A DNA stretch of 64,000 nucleotides, from NCBI RefSeq assembly GCF_030684315.1, contig NC_081366.1:6510001-6574000 (forward strand). The letters are read 5' to 3'. The stretch comes from Stegostoma tigrinum (Eukaryota). Within the stretch, counting starts at the first letter, position 1, and each line of letters opens with the position of its first letter. The notes under the pieces were generated by a model, which had not been told where the DNA came from, searched no databases, and saw nothing but the letters and a program-made list of their open reading frames with translations. Positions 1 through 11,075 of this stretch are shown here, in pieces. The position numbers were made by a program, and so were the translations under genes.

Positions 1-178
1 TGGCCAATTTACCCAACCTGCACATCTTTGGACTGTGGGAGAAAACTGAAGGACTGAGAGGAAACCCATATAAACATGGGGAAAATGCGCAAATTTCATA
101 GTCGCCCCAGAGTGGCATTGAACCCAGATCCTGATGCCATGCAGCAGCAGTGCTAAACATTGCACCACTGTGTCGCCC
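1..178 (-). mobile_element. tRNA-derived SINE (HE1/V-SINE-like), truncated by the window edge
   Basis: The reverse complement begins GGGCGACACAGTGGTGCAATGTTTAGCACTGC...GGGTTCAATGCC (pol III A/B-box-like). It is followed by the V-SINE-type body (plus strand AACCTGCACATCTTTGGACTGTGGGA). Confidence 0.8.
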
Positions 179-284
179 CAAACCTTCTTCTGTTCTCAAC
201 TGGCAGAGGTGAATAATTAATTATGCATCTGAATTATTTCATAACAAGCAATCTTTCAAACTGCCCCTAATTAATTATATAATA

Positions 285-480
285 AAAATAGAAAGTGGTG
301 GAGAAACTCAATTACTCAAAAACTGAATTGACATTTTGCATCCAATATAACTCTTTTTCAGAAACAAGAAAAGTAATATGGACTTGAAATATTAACTCTT
401 GTTGCTCCTTTTGCAGGTGTTTCCAGACCTGCTAAATTTCTCCACACTTCTATTTTCATTTCAGATTGCTAGCATGTATT
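285..480. repeat. Degenerate fold-back repeat (Penelope-terminus-derived)
   Basis: The left arm GGTGGAGAAACTCA pairs with the right arm CCAGACCTGCTAAATTTCTCCA. It belongs to the same family as copies at ~5140, 26235 and 32285. Confidence 0.45.
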
Positions 481-3400
481 TTTCTTTTATTTTTGTGACT
501 ACTTAATGCTGCCTTCTTAAGTAGTTAAGAACAAAAAATGGACAAAATTTAAACAAAACTTAGTAAGGTCAATGCAATGTTGATGATGAGTTATTATGTT
601 ACATGCAGTTTAAATGGGTTATTGACTATTGGGCTAAAGGAGGCATTTTCATAGTTTATACTCACTATTATCAGAAATATTTAAATTTAAAAATAGCAAA
701 TTAGTTCCATAAAGATGCTTGTTCATCACTAGGGAAAAAAGGACAAGGAATTGTCTTGCAGCATGGTAAACTTAATGGAAAACTGCAAATCTCTGATTAA
801 ACAGTAGCAGTTTGCAATATTAGGTAGTAAAAAGACCAACAACTGATTCATGTTATCACAGCACAATGTACCAGACGTTCCCTTTTTCAACTGTGTGCTT
901 CAAATGTCGCACTACTGAAGGTTATTTTCATACTATAGTCTGAGATCTATAGCTTGTGAGTTAAACCACCAGGTTTACTGTCACAGAAAGCATGCTGTAT
1001 GTCTATATATACAAACTGTACACTGACAGCATTCATGTTTGATGTAAGTGTGAAGCCAAAAACACCTATTCCCCTGTGTTAACATCTGGTCATAAATCAG
1101 GTTTGAAGGTCTGATTTAGCTGAGAATGCTTCCAGGGACTCTCACTTTGGTTCAGTAAAGTGTCAAATGAACCACAGACACATGATTCAAGAAGCTGCCT
1201 CTGCAGCAGCAGTACACAATATGGCTGCAGTTCTAAAATGGGCACTATCTCAGGAAAATGCTGCTAGCAGTGCTACCTCAACACAATTTGGGGAAGTTTG
1301 TAACTGAGTTATTTTATATATTTTACAGTCATGTTAAAAAAAGACACAAATACATGTAATTTATCAACAAGTATGAAGATTCCATTTCCCAAGGATTTAA
1401 CTGTACTTAATATGTCAAACCAAGGAAATAAAACCCAGCATCACTCAATCATTATGAAATAAAAGCATGCACTAAATCTGTTAAAATTATTTCCACATGA
1501 CATAATGTCTAACATTAAGGGGGAAAAGCTCAGTATCCATTGAAACTTTTACATTTTTGATTTACTGCTGTACTTTGGGCTATCCACCATGTTTGTTGCT
1601 TAGGAACAGTTGTTGCAGTATAATACCAGAGGTTTTCTTTAATACAAACCCCAATTCTATGATTTAGCTGTTATATCCTTCTACCACTCAGTGTCATTAA
1701 TTTCTGCATGCTTGGGATTTTGGTATTCCTTTATACACTCTTCAGTTTATGAGAGAACTTGTGTTTAGTTTCATAACAAACTTCAGAATCACAAAAGAAC
1801 AAAAGGATGCAACTTTCTCAGTGCTTTTTTTGAGAAAAAAAACGCTAAAAGATCAACTCAGTGAGATGAACTTGAATAACTGAATCTAGTGCTCAGGTGA
1901 CCTGAACCCTCGCCCTATATTTAGGAATCTCCTCAAATTTTTGGTGAGCAATTTTCTTTTAATTATTTCGGTATGCATTTGGTATAGTTCGGGTTTTGTG
2001 TTGATACAATCTATACAGTACTATTGAGCTGCAAGTAGCAGTTATAAGATATAATCCAGTTAAGAAAATTATAGTTATATTGGAGAACAACACACACTCT
2101 GAACTAAAGAACTTGCATGTTTTCTACAGATACTGAATGATTTTGAGACAGTATTAATGAGAATATCAGTTTTCTCATGTTATAAGAAAAATATAACATT
2201 AAAATTTTTCAACTAATTGCCTGACTTATTAAATTGGCTTTTGGCTAGATGGTTTGTGTAAATTCAAAAGAGTATGAGGCATCTACTCTGAATCAAATAT
2301 GACAAATTATATTGCCTTTCTGCATCGATGGAACACTATCAGTATTGCAGCATCACTTAAGACATGTATTAAGACTCTCCAGAGAGTAGTCTCCCGTATT
2401 TTAGCATCATTTTTTTGCAATATAAGTGTTAAAATGGCCAAAGAGTAATCAAATATAATCTTAACACTTGCCAAGCAGCTTTCTGTGGACATTGAAGATT
2501 TAATCAGTGAGTGAACTTAGTTCATGTTTGAAAGTACCTTATGTCAATTTAACTTTTCCCAGGGCCAAACACGATATGGAACTGAAAATATAACTTCAAT
2601 CTTCTGAATATCTAGCATAAGATATTTCCCCCAACAGCACAGGGGAAAAAGTCATATTTCTCAAACCAGAAGGGCTGATTATCAAGTATACAAATTAAAT
2701 AATGTGTGACTGTCAGGATTACAACATGAATTTCACCATTATATTAACCAATCTCCTGAGTGATTAAAAAATGTACAGGTGATGGTACAGCATAAGTAAA
2801 AACACCCTAGCCTTCACAAAATAACAATCTCCAAATACAGGTTGAACTTTTGCTGTGAAATAAAATTTGTGACTTGAATGTTTGAGATTAGCAGGTAAAT
2901 GAAGAAACTGTATTTTTCTTTACCGTTTCATATTCAGAAAGGGCTCAGTTGAACTAAACTGAATTTGAGTACACTTTTAATCTAAATGTTCAATGTTGAG
3001 CAATTTGGAATAAACATAGGCAATTAAAAAAACACCCACGAGATTTTCTTGAACGCATGAGATAGAATAAGTATGCTCCTTGCGGAATTGAAAAGATGAC
3101 AAGATTTTGGCATCTAAAACCATTATCAATCCATCTATGTGTCAATACCGAACAAAAGAAATGAACCTATGTGAATATATTGCTTCTAGGGGTTGAGATT
3201 CCAATATATTATGCTCCTCACTCAAAAGAAGGAAATGAGTAAATGTTTCCATTATATGAGTTTGTCACAAGACATAAATATGTAAAACTACCTCCAATAA
3301 ATTGATCTACAGCGTAAAGCAACAGAACTCACATTCTACTAGAAACATCATCAAACATACATAAAAGCTGATACCATTTTCCAACATTATAGACAACATA

Positions 3401-4044
3401 GGAAAGGCACTTAAAATATACATTGTTATCATTCACACTTGAAATCTGCAGCAGCCTGACTAAATTAATAGAGCAAACAATGTTCTACAATACATGAATT
3501 CACATACCAGAACCCAGTTGCTGACCAGTACGAAACAATGCAAATTCAATTTGACAAAGAGTGTAATATTGGAATTACTCTTGTTGCATTTGTCAGAATC
3601 TCAGGCAATTGTATTTACAGTTGAGATGGTGCTCAATTATTCACATAGGACACTTCAGGTATATCTGCTCCTGATGCAGCAAGCATCACTATCACAGGGT
3701 GACTTTATCTCTTTGAAAGCTGCGATAACGTTTCACTTACACACACAATGCCTTCTTCAGTTGTGTGCACTTCTCACAGAATTGCAAGGTTAGTCTAGGA
3801 TCAATAAAGTTTATGTTGCTGAAGGGTTTTCCAAACATTAACAGAACTTGACCTTCTAAACACTCCACCAAATATGACATCTTTCTGTCAGGAGTGACTA
3901 GACTATGCTGAGCAGCCTCTTTTCAAACATGTCAAACTATACCATAGAAACTAAACTATACCGAGTCACTCCTGGAATATAAATACATTGGCAAAGAATT
4001 GAATTCCCAAATCAGGACAAATATAGCCCACATATTTCTTCAAA

Positions 4045-4415
4045 CGATAGTCATAGAGTCATATAGCATGGAACCAGACCTTTTGGTCAAACCAGTCCAT
4101 GCTGACCATGTTCCCAAACTAAAGTAGCCCCACTTGGCTGCACTTGGCCCATATCCCTCCAAACCTTTCCTATTCATGCACTTATCCAAATGTCTTTTAA
4201 ACACTGTAACTGTAGCTGCATCCACCACCTTCCCTGGCAGTTCATTCCATACACAAACCACTCTCTGCACCAAAAAGTTACCCGTCTTGTTCTTTTAAAT
4301 CTTTCTCCTTTCACCTTAAAAATATGCCCCCAACCATAGGGAAAAAGACCCTTGTTATTCACCTTATCTATGCCCCTCATGGTCTTATTAACCGCAATAT
4401 GGTCACCCCTTTTAG
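4045..4415 (-). mobile_element. CR1-type LINE 3' fragment
   Basis: Minus-strand translation QRVVCVWNELPGKVVDAATVTVFKRHLDK matches a CR1 ORF2 C-terminus. A short repeat tail (GTCATAGA-like on plus) lies at the left end. Confidence 0.8.
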
Positions 4416-5139
4416 CTAACAAAGTGAGACGACTGACTAACACACCCTTAAGAGGTGTTTAAAATAGGCTATGCTTTAACTTTCTAATATTTCATTTACT
4501 TGGCAAAGAATTCACCCAATATGGTCCAGCAGCATTCTGATAAAACAGCAGTAAATTAACTCTGCCTTTCTCTCCACAAATGCCTCCAAATGTTTTCAGT
4601 GTTTTCTGACTTCCATTCAGGTTTCCAGTGTCCATGGTATCCTGTTTTAGACATTCTTATCACTTTTACACAATCCAATCATTTCCTTTTGTCTTTTATT
4701 GCTCATTGTCCCACTCTTATCCATTTTCATTTCAGGACAGTCTTTTACAAATACATTTAATGTATTGTTATTGATCTGTTCGCATTGATTCGATGAAACC
4801 TGGTTATACTTTAGCACTGCACATGCACCTATGCCCTGTGAATGGCTTCAAAAAGGCAGTGCATCATGGCCTTCTCAAAGGAAATTGTGAATAGGAAACA
4901 ATTGCTGGCCTAGCCATACCCACACCCTGAGAATGACCATCAAAACAAATTATTCAAAGATGTGTTGGTTGCCTTATCCAGTGTTTTGAAAAGGAACACA
5001 ACTTCTAGACTTTCCCCGTTATTTGGATGACCTCATTTGTTCCACCAATTTTAAACTTTAAATAAACATCACAAATTTTTTAAAAATATCGTATTTGACA
5101 ATACTTAATCCCTTGAGTGGTAGAAAGTCACACTACTTT

Positions 5140-5262
5140 GTTCTGAGGAAGGATCACTCCACCAGAAACATTAAATTTGATTTCTCTCCACAGACACTGC
5201 CAGAACTGCTGAGGTTTTCCAGCAATTTCTGTTTTGGTTTCTGATTTACATCATCCGCAGCT
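5140..5262 (+). repeat. Penelope-terminus-derived repeat with degenerate hammerhead-like core
   Basis: CTGAGGAAGG...CCAGAAACATT followed by TTTCTCTCCACAGACACTGCCAGAACTGCTGAG. Confidence 0.5.
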
Positions 5263-5932
5263 CTTTTACACACTTCTTTTTTAAAGTTCTCCCAATGCTT
5301 CTAAAATTTTTCGCCGGCTGAAGCACGCATTAGGCGCCTAGAAACGAACATTGAAATTGTTCTTTTTAAAGCCCTGGTCAGAATTTATGAACTTTGCATT
5401 GTATTTATATTGGTCTCCAGGCTATAAATCTAAATTTGCAACACTAACATTAGATTCATTTCCACCTAACTTTCACACCTCTCAGCAAAATTTATCTACC
5501 TCTGCCGAAAAGTATCTAAAGATTCTGCATTGTCAGGAAGAGCCCACTACTCAAATCCTCGCTGAAATAAAAAAGAATCCTCGGTTGTTAATGGGCGATT
5601 CTTAATTCAATTGTGACCCTTAATTCTAAATTCTTAGGAAACATTCTCTCCATGGTCACCCTTTCAAGCTCCCAGGTTATTCTTGAACCCATCGGTGGAC
5701 GCCTATGCAAAACAGTCTACAAAAAGGGCAGGCAATTTTGTTTGCGTTATTGACAAATGAAAGGTTACAAAATGATTTGCACTTGGGCAACAATCAATAC
5801 AGAAGTGGAGAAAGCTATCCTTTGGGTTTCAGACCTGTGTTACGCGTGGAAGAACAATTAATACCCTGAGGATATGCACAATACCAATGACGGGTCTTCA
5901 AGATCTCCAGCTTACTGCGCGCTGTGCCTTAC

Positions 5933-8394
5933 CTCACTGAAGAAACTGATCCCATCATTTTACAACATTTGAAGCCTGACCATGTCTTGAGGTCACAATA
6001 AGGCGGTAGCCTATATCGATTAAGAATTTGAATTTTGGGAAATACGTTGCCACTTGTCTCTTTATCCGATGTAGAACATACCTCGTAACAAAAGTTTTGA
6101 GACAGTGCGTCACGGCCAAACACTTCAACATAGTTCGGGGGAATCTGAAGGTTCACGCTGGCTTTTTGTATTCCATTGAGAGAATGCGTTGACCCGAAGC
6201 AGCAGCCCGTATCAAGGGAGCAGCTGTGATGGTGAAAAACGTTCCTACTTTGGTGGACTTTGATAGCCAAGATAACCAAAATCATTAGAAAAATGGATGA
6301 GGTCGTCCCTAAAGCTATGACTAAGTATAGGCTTAGGTCCGAAGGCAGTCTGTCATCCTCAGTTAAGCTATTGACTTCAGAAAGGATTTCACTCTCACTG
6401 TCCGTCAATGATAAGATGATATTTATGGTGGCAGTCAATGGGGGAAGCCCATCGTCTTTTACTAGGACAACCAAGCGCTGTTTGGTTGCATCTTGACCCG
6501 TAATGCGGCGTACTGTCCAGATCTCTCCCGTGTCCGGAGCAATGGTAAAAAGACCAGGGTCAGTAGCCTGAGCCAGTTGATAAGAGAGCCTTGCATTGGG
6601 ACCAGAATCCGCATCAGTGGCTGACACCTTGGTCACCAGGTAACCCGGCTCTGCTGATCGAGATACTGTCTCCACTGCTGTCGACCCATACTCCGGTATT
6701 GGGGATATAATGACTGGGGCATTATCATTTTGGTCTAGAATGACCACGAACACATCCACATTACTGCTCAGTGGAGGGATTCCAGCGTCGAGAGCTTGGA
6801 CCCGGATCTGAAACTTCTTCAATTCTTCGTAGTCAAAAGAGCGCTCGGCAGATATTACACCGCTGTCTGAATTAATGGAGACATAATTAGAAACGGGGTC
6901 GTGGCCGACTTGTGTCTGTAAAATAGAATAGGACAGTCTGGAGTTCTGATTTAGATCCGAATCAAAAGCTGGCGCTGAGTAGATTGAACTGCCAATGACG
7001 TTGTTCTCAGTGATATAGGTAGTGTATGAACTCTGCGAGAAACGTGGCGGGCTGTCGTTTATATCAGAGATCTTTAGCTGAATGGTTTTGTTGGAGGTGA
7101 GTACGGGCGAACCTTCATCCCAGCAGGTAACGGTGATATCATATTGAGAAACCATTTCTCGATCTAGTAAATCTTTGGTGACCAGTCGGTAATAGTTCTT
7201 AAATGTTGAATCCAATTCGAAAGGAAGGTTCTTTGGGATCTGGCAGTGTGTGTTTCCATTCTCCCCCACATCCGAATCAGTCACACTGATTAAAGCTAGC
7301 ACAGTCCCCAGTAGGGCATCTTCAGGCACTGAACTGGACAAAGAAGTCACCGTTACTTCAGGCGCATTATCATTCACATCATCCACGTCCACTATCACAT
7401 CGCAATGCACGGGTACGGATCCTGAGCCTTTATCCACAGCTTGCACACTAATCTCCAATTGCTTTGCTGATTCAAAATCGAGATGTCCTTTCACACGAAT
7501 CTCTCCAGTTGTGGGATCCACACTGAACAGCTCCCGCACTGTAACAGAAATGTGGCTACTAAAGGAATAGACAATTTCTCCATTGGAACCTTCATCTGGG
7601 TCAGTGGCGTTCACTTTGACCACCAACGTTCCTACGGGCACATTTTCCATCAAACTGACACGATAAAGGGACTGGCTAAAGGTAGGTACATTGTCGTTGA
7701 CATCCAGAGTTTGTATGAGAATCTGTGCAGTGCCAGATCTCTGCGGAATGCCCCCATCTGTGGCCGTCAACACTAGCTGCAGTGTGGGCTGCTGTTCTCT
7801 ATCAAGAGGTCGCTCCATCACCAGAACCGGGAGTTTAACGTCCTCACTGCGAGATTGTACATCCAACTTAAAATACTGATTAGGAGCCAACTGATAGCTT
7901 TGCAAGGAGTTGGTGCCTACATCGGGATCGTACGCAGGCTCCAATGGGAAGCGAATTCCAGGCACCGCTAACTCGGATATTTCCAAACGGAGCAGTTCCT
8001 TCGGGAAATGGGGACCGTTGTCGTTTATATCCAAAATCTCCACCTCGACGTGATACACATTCAGTGGCTCGTCGATCACAGCCTCCAGCGTCAAAGTACA
8101 ACCGAGGCTCGAGCCACAGAGTTGCTCTCGGTCAATATTCTCCTGCACCACTAAAATCCCATTGTCTACATTCAAACCGAAGTACTCTATCCTGGGACCG
8201 GATACGATCCGAAGATTCCTAGTCGATAACTGCTTTACATTTAAACCCAAATCAGCCGCGATGTCCCCAACAAACGCGCCCAGCTGTAATTCCTCAGGAA
8301 TGGAATACCGAATCTGTCCAGAAACCAGGTTCCAGCGGAACAATAAACACAATAGTTGCCATCTTAACAACCAATATATTTTATAAAATCCCAT
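5933..8394 (-). CDS. Clustered protocadherin variable exon V1 (3'-most in window)
   Basis: ATG at 8394 (MGFYKIYW...), QIRYSIPEE, six cadherin repeats (DxNDN, DRE/DYE, AxDxG), TM LYLVIALG..., QIPPNYVEVFG motif. The donor AGTGAG|GTAAGG at 5933/5932 is in phase 2, unlike the other exons. An in-phase alternative donor GAG|GTATGT is at 6082/6081. Confidence 0.92.
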
Positions 8395-8620
8395 TTCTAG
8401 CACAAAGCATTTCAATCCTTTCAGCACGTCACAGCGCTGTCCACTTTACTCCTTGGAATAAAATGATTACGTATAATTTTTCAAAATCCAAAATAAAGAG
8501 ACATAATACCTGCAATTGAGATACATTCTCAGAAGCAATTTCTGATACATCTTATCAATTCTTCTAAAATCACTATAGATTGGGAATATAAAATATCCCG
8601 CTACTCGCTACCCAATATCA

Positions 8621-8795
8621 CACTGTATCAGATCCTATGTGATGGCGGATGGGACGAGAAGGGGGTAGTCTGGATCTCCAGTCACCATTCAGTCACTGAT
8701 TGGTGGATGGAGACCCATTTGTCCTCAACCAATCACAACTCGCAGCATTTCTTAAAGCTATCAGGTCAGCAAGTTTAACATTTATTGTTGTACAA
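8621..8795 (-). promoter_or_regulatory. Pcdh V1 promoter
   Basis: Plus-strand motif order shared by all paralogs: GATGGCGG/G-rich tract, GGATCTCC, ATTGG 8699, CCAAT 8729, TTCTTAAAGCT 8749, TTTATTGTTGTACAA 8781. Confidence 0.8.
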
Positions 8796-9649
8796 TGAAA
8801 ATCCTTGATCTATTACTTAAGTGATCTAACTTGCTCCGTCAAAGTACCTAAGAAGAAGCTGAAGAAAGATGAACATTTGGAAATGCATCTATATGCACTC
8901 TGTGCAAAACATATGTTGCCATGCACGCCAAGTAACTAGTTGAAGTGATTTGTTTTTATGAGAAGCTCGAATGGAACTGTTCGAACCATATACTTAATAC
9001 ACAAGATTCACGTGTCATATTGTGAATGCGTAATGGCTATCTTAACTGTAAACTACACATAAGTGAGAGGAAAACAAAAAGAAATGCTGAAAACATATCA
9101 TCTGATCCCCTTAAAATGCTCTCAAACGGACATCCCCCTTTCACATTGAGTTAAGTGATTTCAGATCCCTCTGCCGGCATTCTGTTCTATCCGTGACACT
9201 CTGGGGGAAGTATGCAGATTTCAGTAACCCCCAATAACACTTGCCATTCAAGTGCGTCTTTCATGCTATCACAGGTTTGGCACCTAGACGTTCTCTGCCC
9301 TAAACACCCGAGACCCCAATTACTCCTTTCAGCTGAAGCAGCAATTTACACGCACTTCTCTCAATCTAATTTAGGATACATTATGCTCAAAATATTTTTT
9401 CCTCTTTCCCAAGGGAATGGATGGTGTGTTAAACAAATGCAGACTGCCTTGCTGCTATGTGGATCACATTTGTTCAGTTCGCAGGCATGACTTTCAGCTT
9501 TCAAGGGCTTATTATTTTAGTCCTGCACTTTGTTCTTACACTGACATCTCTGTCCTCAGTCTGCATCACTGTTCCATGAAGCGCAATGTGCATGTAAGGA
9601 ACAGTATTTTATCTTTTGATAGACACTTTACACCTCTCAAATTTTAACT

Positions 9650-10025
9650 CTGGCTTCAGTTGGGGGAGGCAATATCTTCGTGTGGCCATCAACCCAGAGA
9701 GTTAAATGATGTTCTGAGGACCTATGCTCGAATCATGCTACGGCAGATGGTAAAATTTCAATTCAATAAAATTCTGGAATTAAGGCACTAACGTTGACCA
9801 CAAGTCCATTGGATTGTTGGAAAAATCCATCAGATTCACTAATATCTTTTAGGGAAGGGAACTAACATCCTTACCAACAACAAGAACACCACCATCGTTA
9901 CCTAGTCTGAACTGCATATGACTTCAGACCCACAGCATTGTGGTTGACCCTTAACTGCCCTACGTACAATTAGGTATGGACACTAAATGGTGGTCCAGCC
10001 AGCAAAACCGACATGCTGTGCATGA
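9650..10025 (-). mobile_element. Degenerate LINE-derived interspersed repeat
   Basis: Resembles by eye a common shark repeat (AAAAATCCATCAGATTCACTAATATCTTTAGGGAAGG...GACTTCAGACCCACAGCA). Family and strand are uncertain. Confidence 0.35.
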
Positions 10026-10599
10026 ACAAGAGAGCTAATTTCTCACAATAACCTCTGCCCCATTTTGTTTCTTCTCTTTCCCTGTGTTGGGTTTTCTCTT
10101 CATGTTTTTGTCACAACTTACAATACCTCTACTCAAAACATATATTTTGCTTCTTGCCTCATTCCGTTTTGTCCTGGAAGACTAGCTTATAGGCTGTTAT
10201 ATCTCTCCTGGCATTCATTTTATTGCAAACCTTTGTTTGTCCTTGTCTTACCTACTTCTTACTCAAATCCCAATATATTTCTAACTATTCCCAGTCTGAT
10301 GAACAGACACAAATCTGAAACATGTTAACTCACTTTCTTTCACCACAGACGTTGTCAGACTTGCTGAGTTTGCACAGCATTTTCGATTCTAAACACATCA
10401 GACGTTCAGTATCTGCAACTTTTCACTTTTCCATGCCAAATTAAAATGCATTCTTTCCCAATAAATATAGTGCAAAATATATTTGGATTCACAGTTTTCC
10501 CCAAAGTAAATATGTATTCAACATTTGGAATTGTTCTGTTAAATGATAGTATTTTGTAGATTTTTGTTTTAACTTGTTCTCTTTTAGATGTAAGATAAA

Positions 10600-10780
10600 A
10601 AAGTGTGGAGCTGGATGAACACAGCAGGCCAAGCAGCATCTCAGGAGCACAAAAGCTGACGTTTCTGGCCTAGACCCTTCATCAGAGACCCTCTCTGATG
10701 AAGGGTCTAGGCCCAAAACGTCAGCTTTTGTGCTCCTGAGATGCTGCTTGGCCTGCTGTGTTCATCCAGCTCCACACTTT
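10600..10780. repeat. Near-perfect 89-bp inverted repeat of two Penelope-type termini, each with a minimal hammerhead motif
   Basis: Arms 10600-10688 and 10692-10780 show 2 mismatches by eye and a 3-nt loop. Each arm carries CTGATGAAGGGTCTAGGCC(A/C)(G/A)AAACGTC. Confidence 0.85.
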
Positions 10781-11075
10781 GTCTCTCAGCTATCCCCACC
10801 TCTTCCACCACCTCTGGGGACCTTTTTTAAAATATACCATAAATATATATGTTCTTGTTCCAAAAATGCAAGGAAAGCTACTGGGTTGTATTTTTTATCT
10901 TCACCTTCAACTGCATAGAACCACACAGAAATAGTTAGCTATGCGTTGGAAATCTCCATTGTATGTAAGACCACAAAACGAAGGAGTAGAAGCAGACCAC
11001 TCAGCCGATCGACTTATGTGCAACGAAATCAAACTTGTGGTGTATCTTTTTTCCCCTTTTGAAGCAATATCTCAC

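Noticed and set aside
110-178. tRNA gene
   Set aside because: It is the tRNA-like head of a SINE, degenerate and followed by the SINE body.
1-5900. Constant exons
   Set aside because: No minus-strand PNxDW-type constant-exon peptide with splice sites was recognised by eye. A divergent small exon cannot be excluded.
8395-8427. N-terminal extensions from GTG/TTG starts in the ORF track (MLKGLKCFVLE and similar)
   Set aside because: These are non-ATG starts, and the frame is broken by stops or an indel in V2, V3 and V7. The downstream ATG gives a normal signal peptide.
8781-8786. Sense-strand AATAAA upstream of promoters acting as a dedicated terminator
   Set aside because: It is present in V1, V4, V7 and V8 only; the others have TTTATG or lack it.
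10489-10918. Small ORFs containing LLRCCLACCVHPA (also at 33401 and 53416)
   Set aside because: They are translations of the Penelope-derived repeat, not genes.
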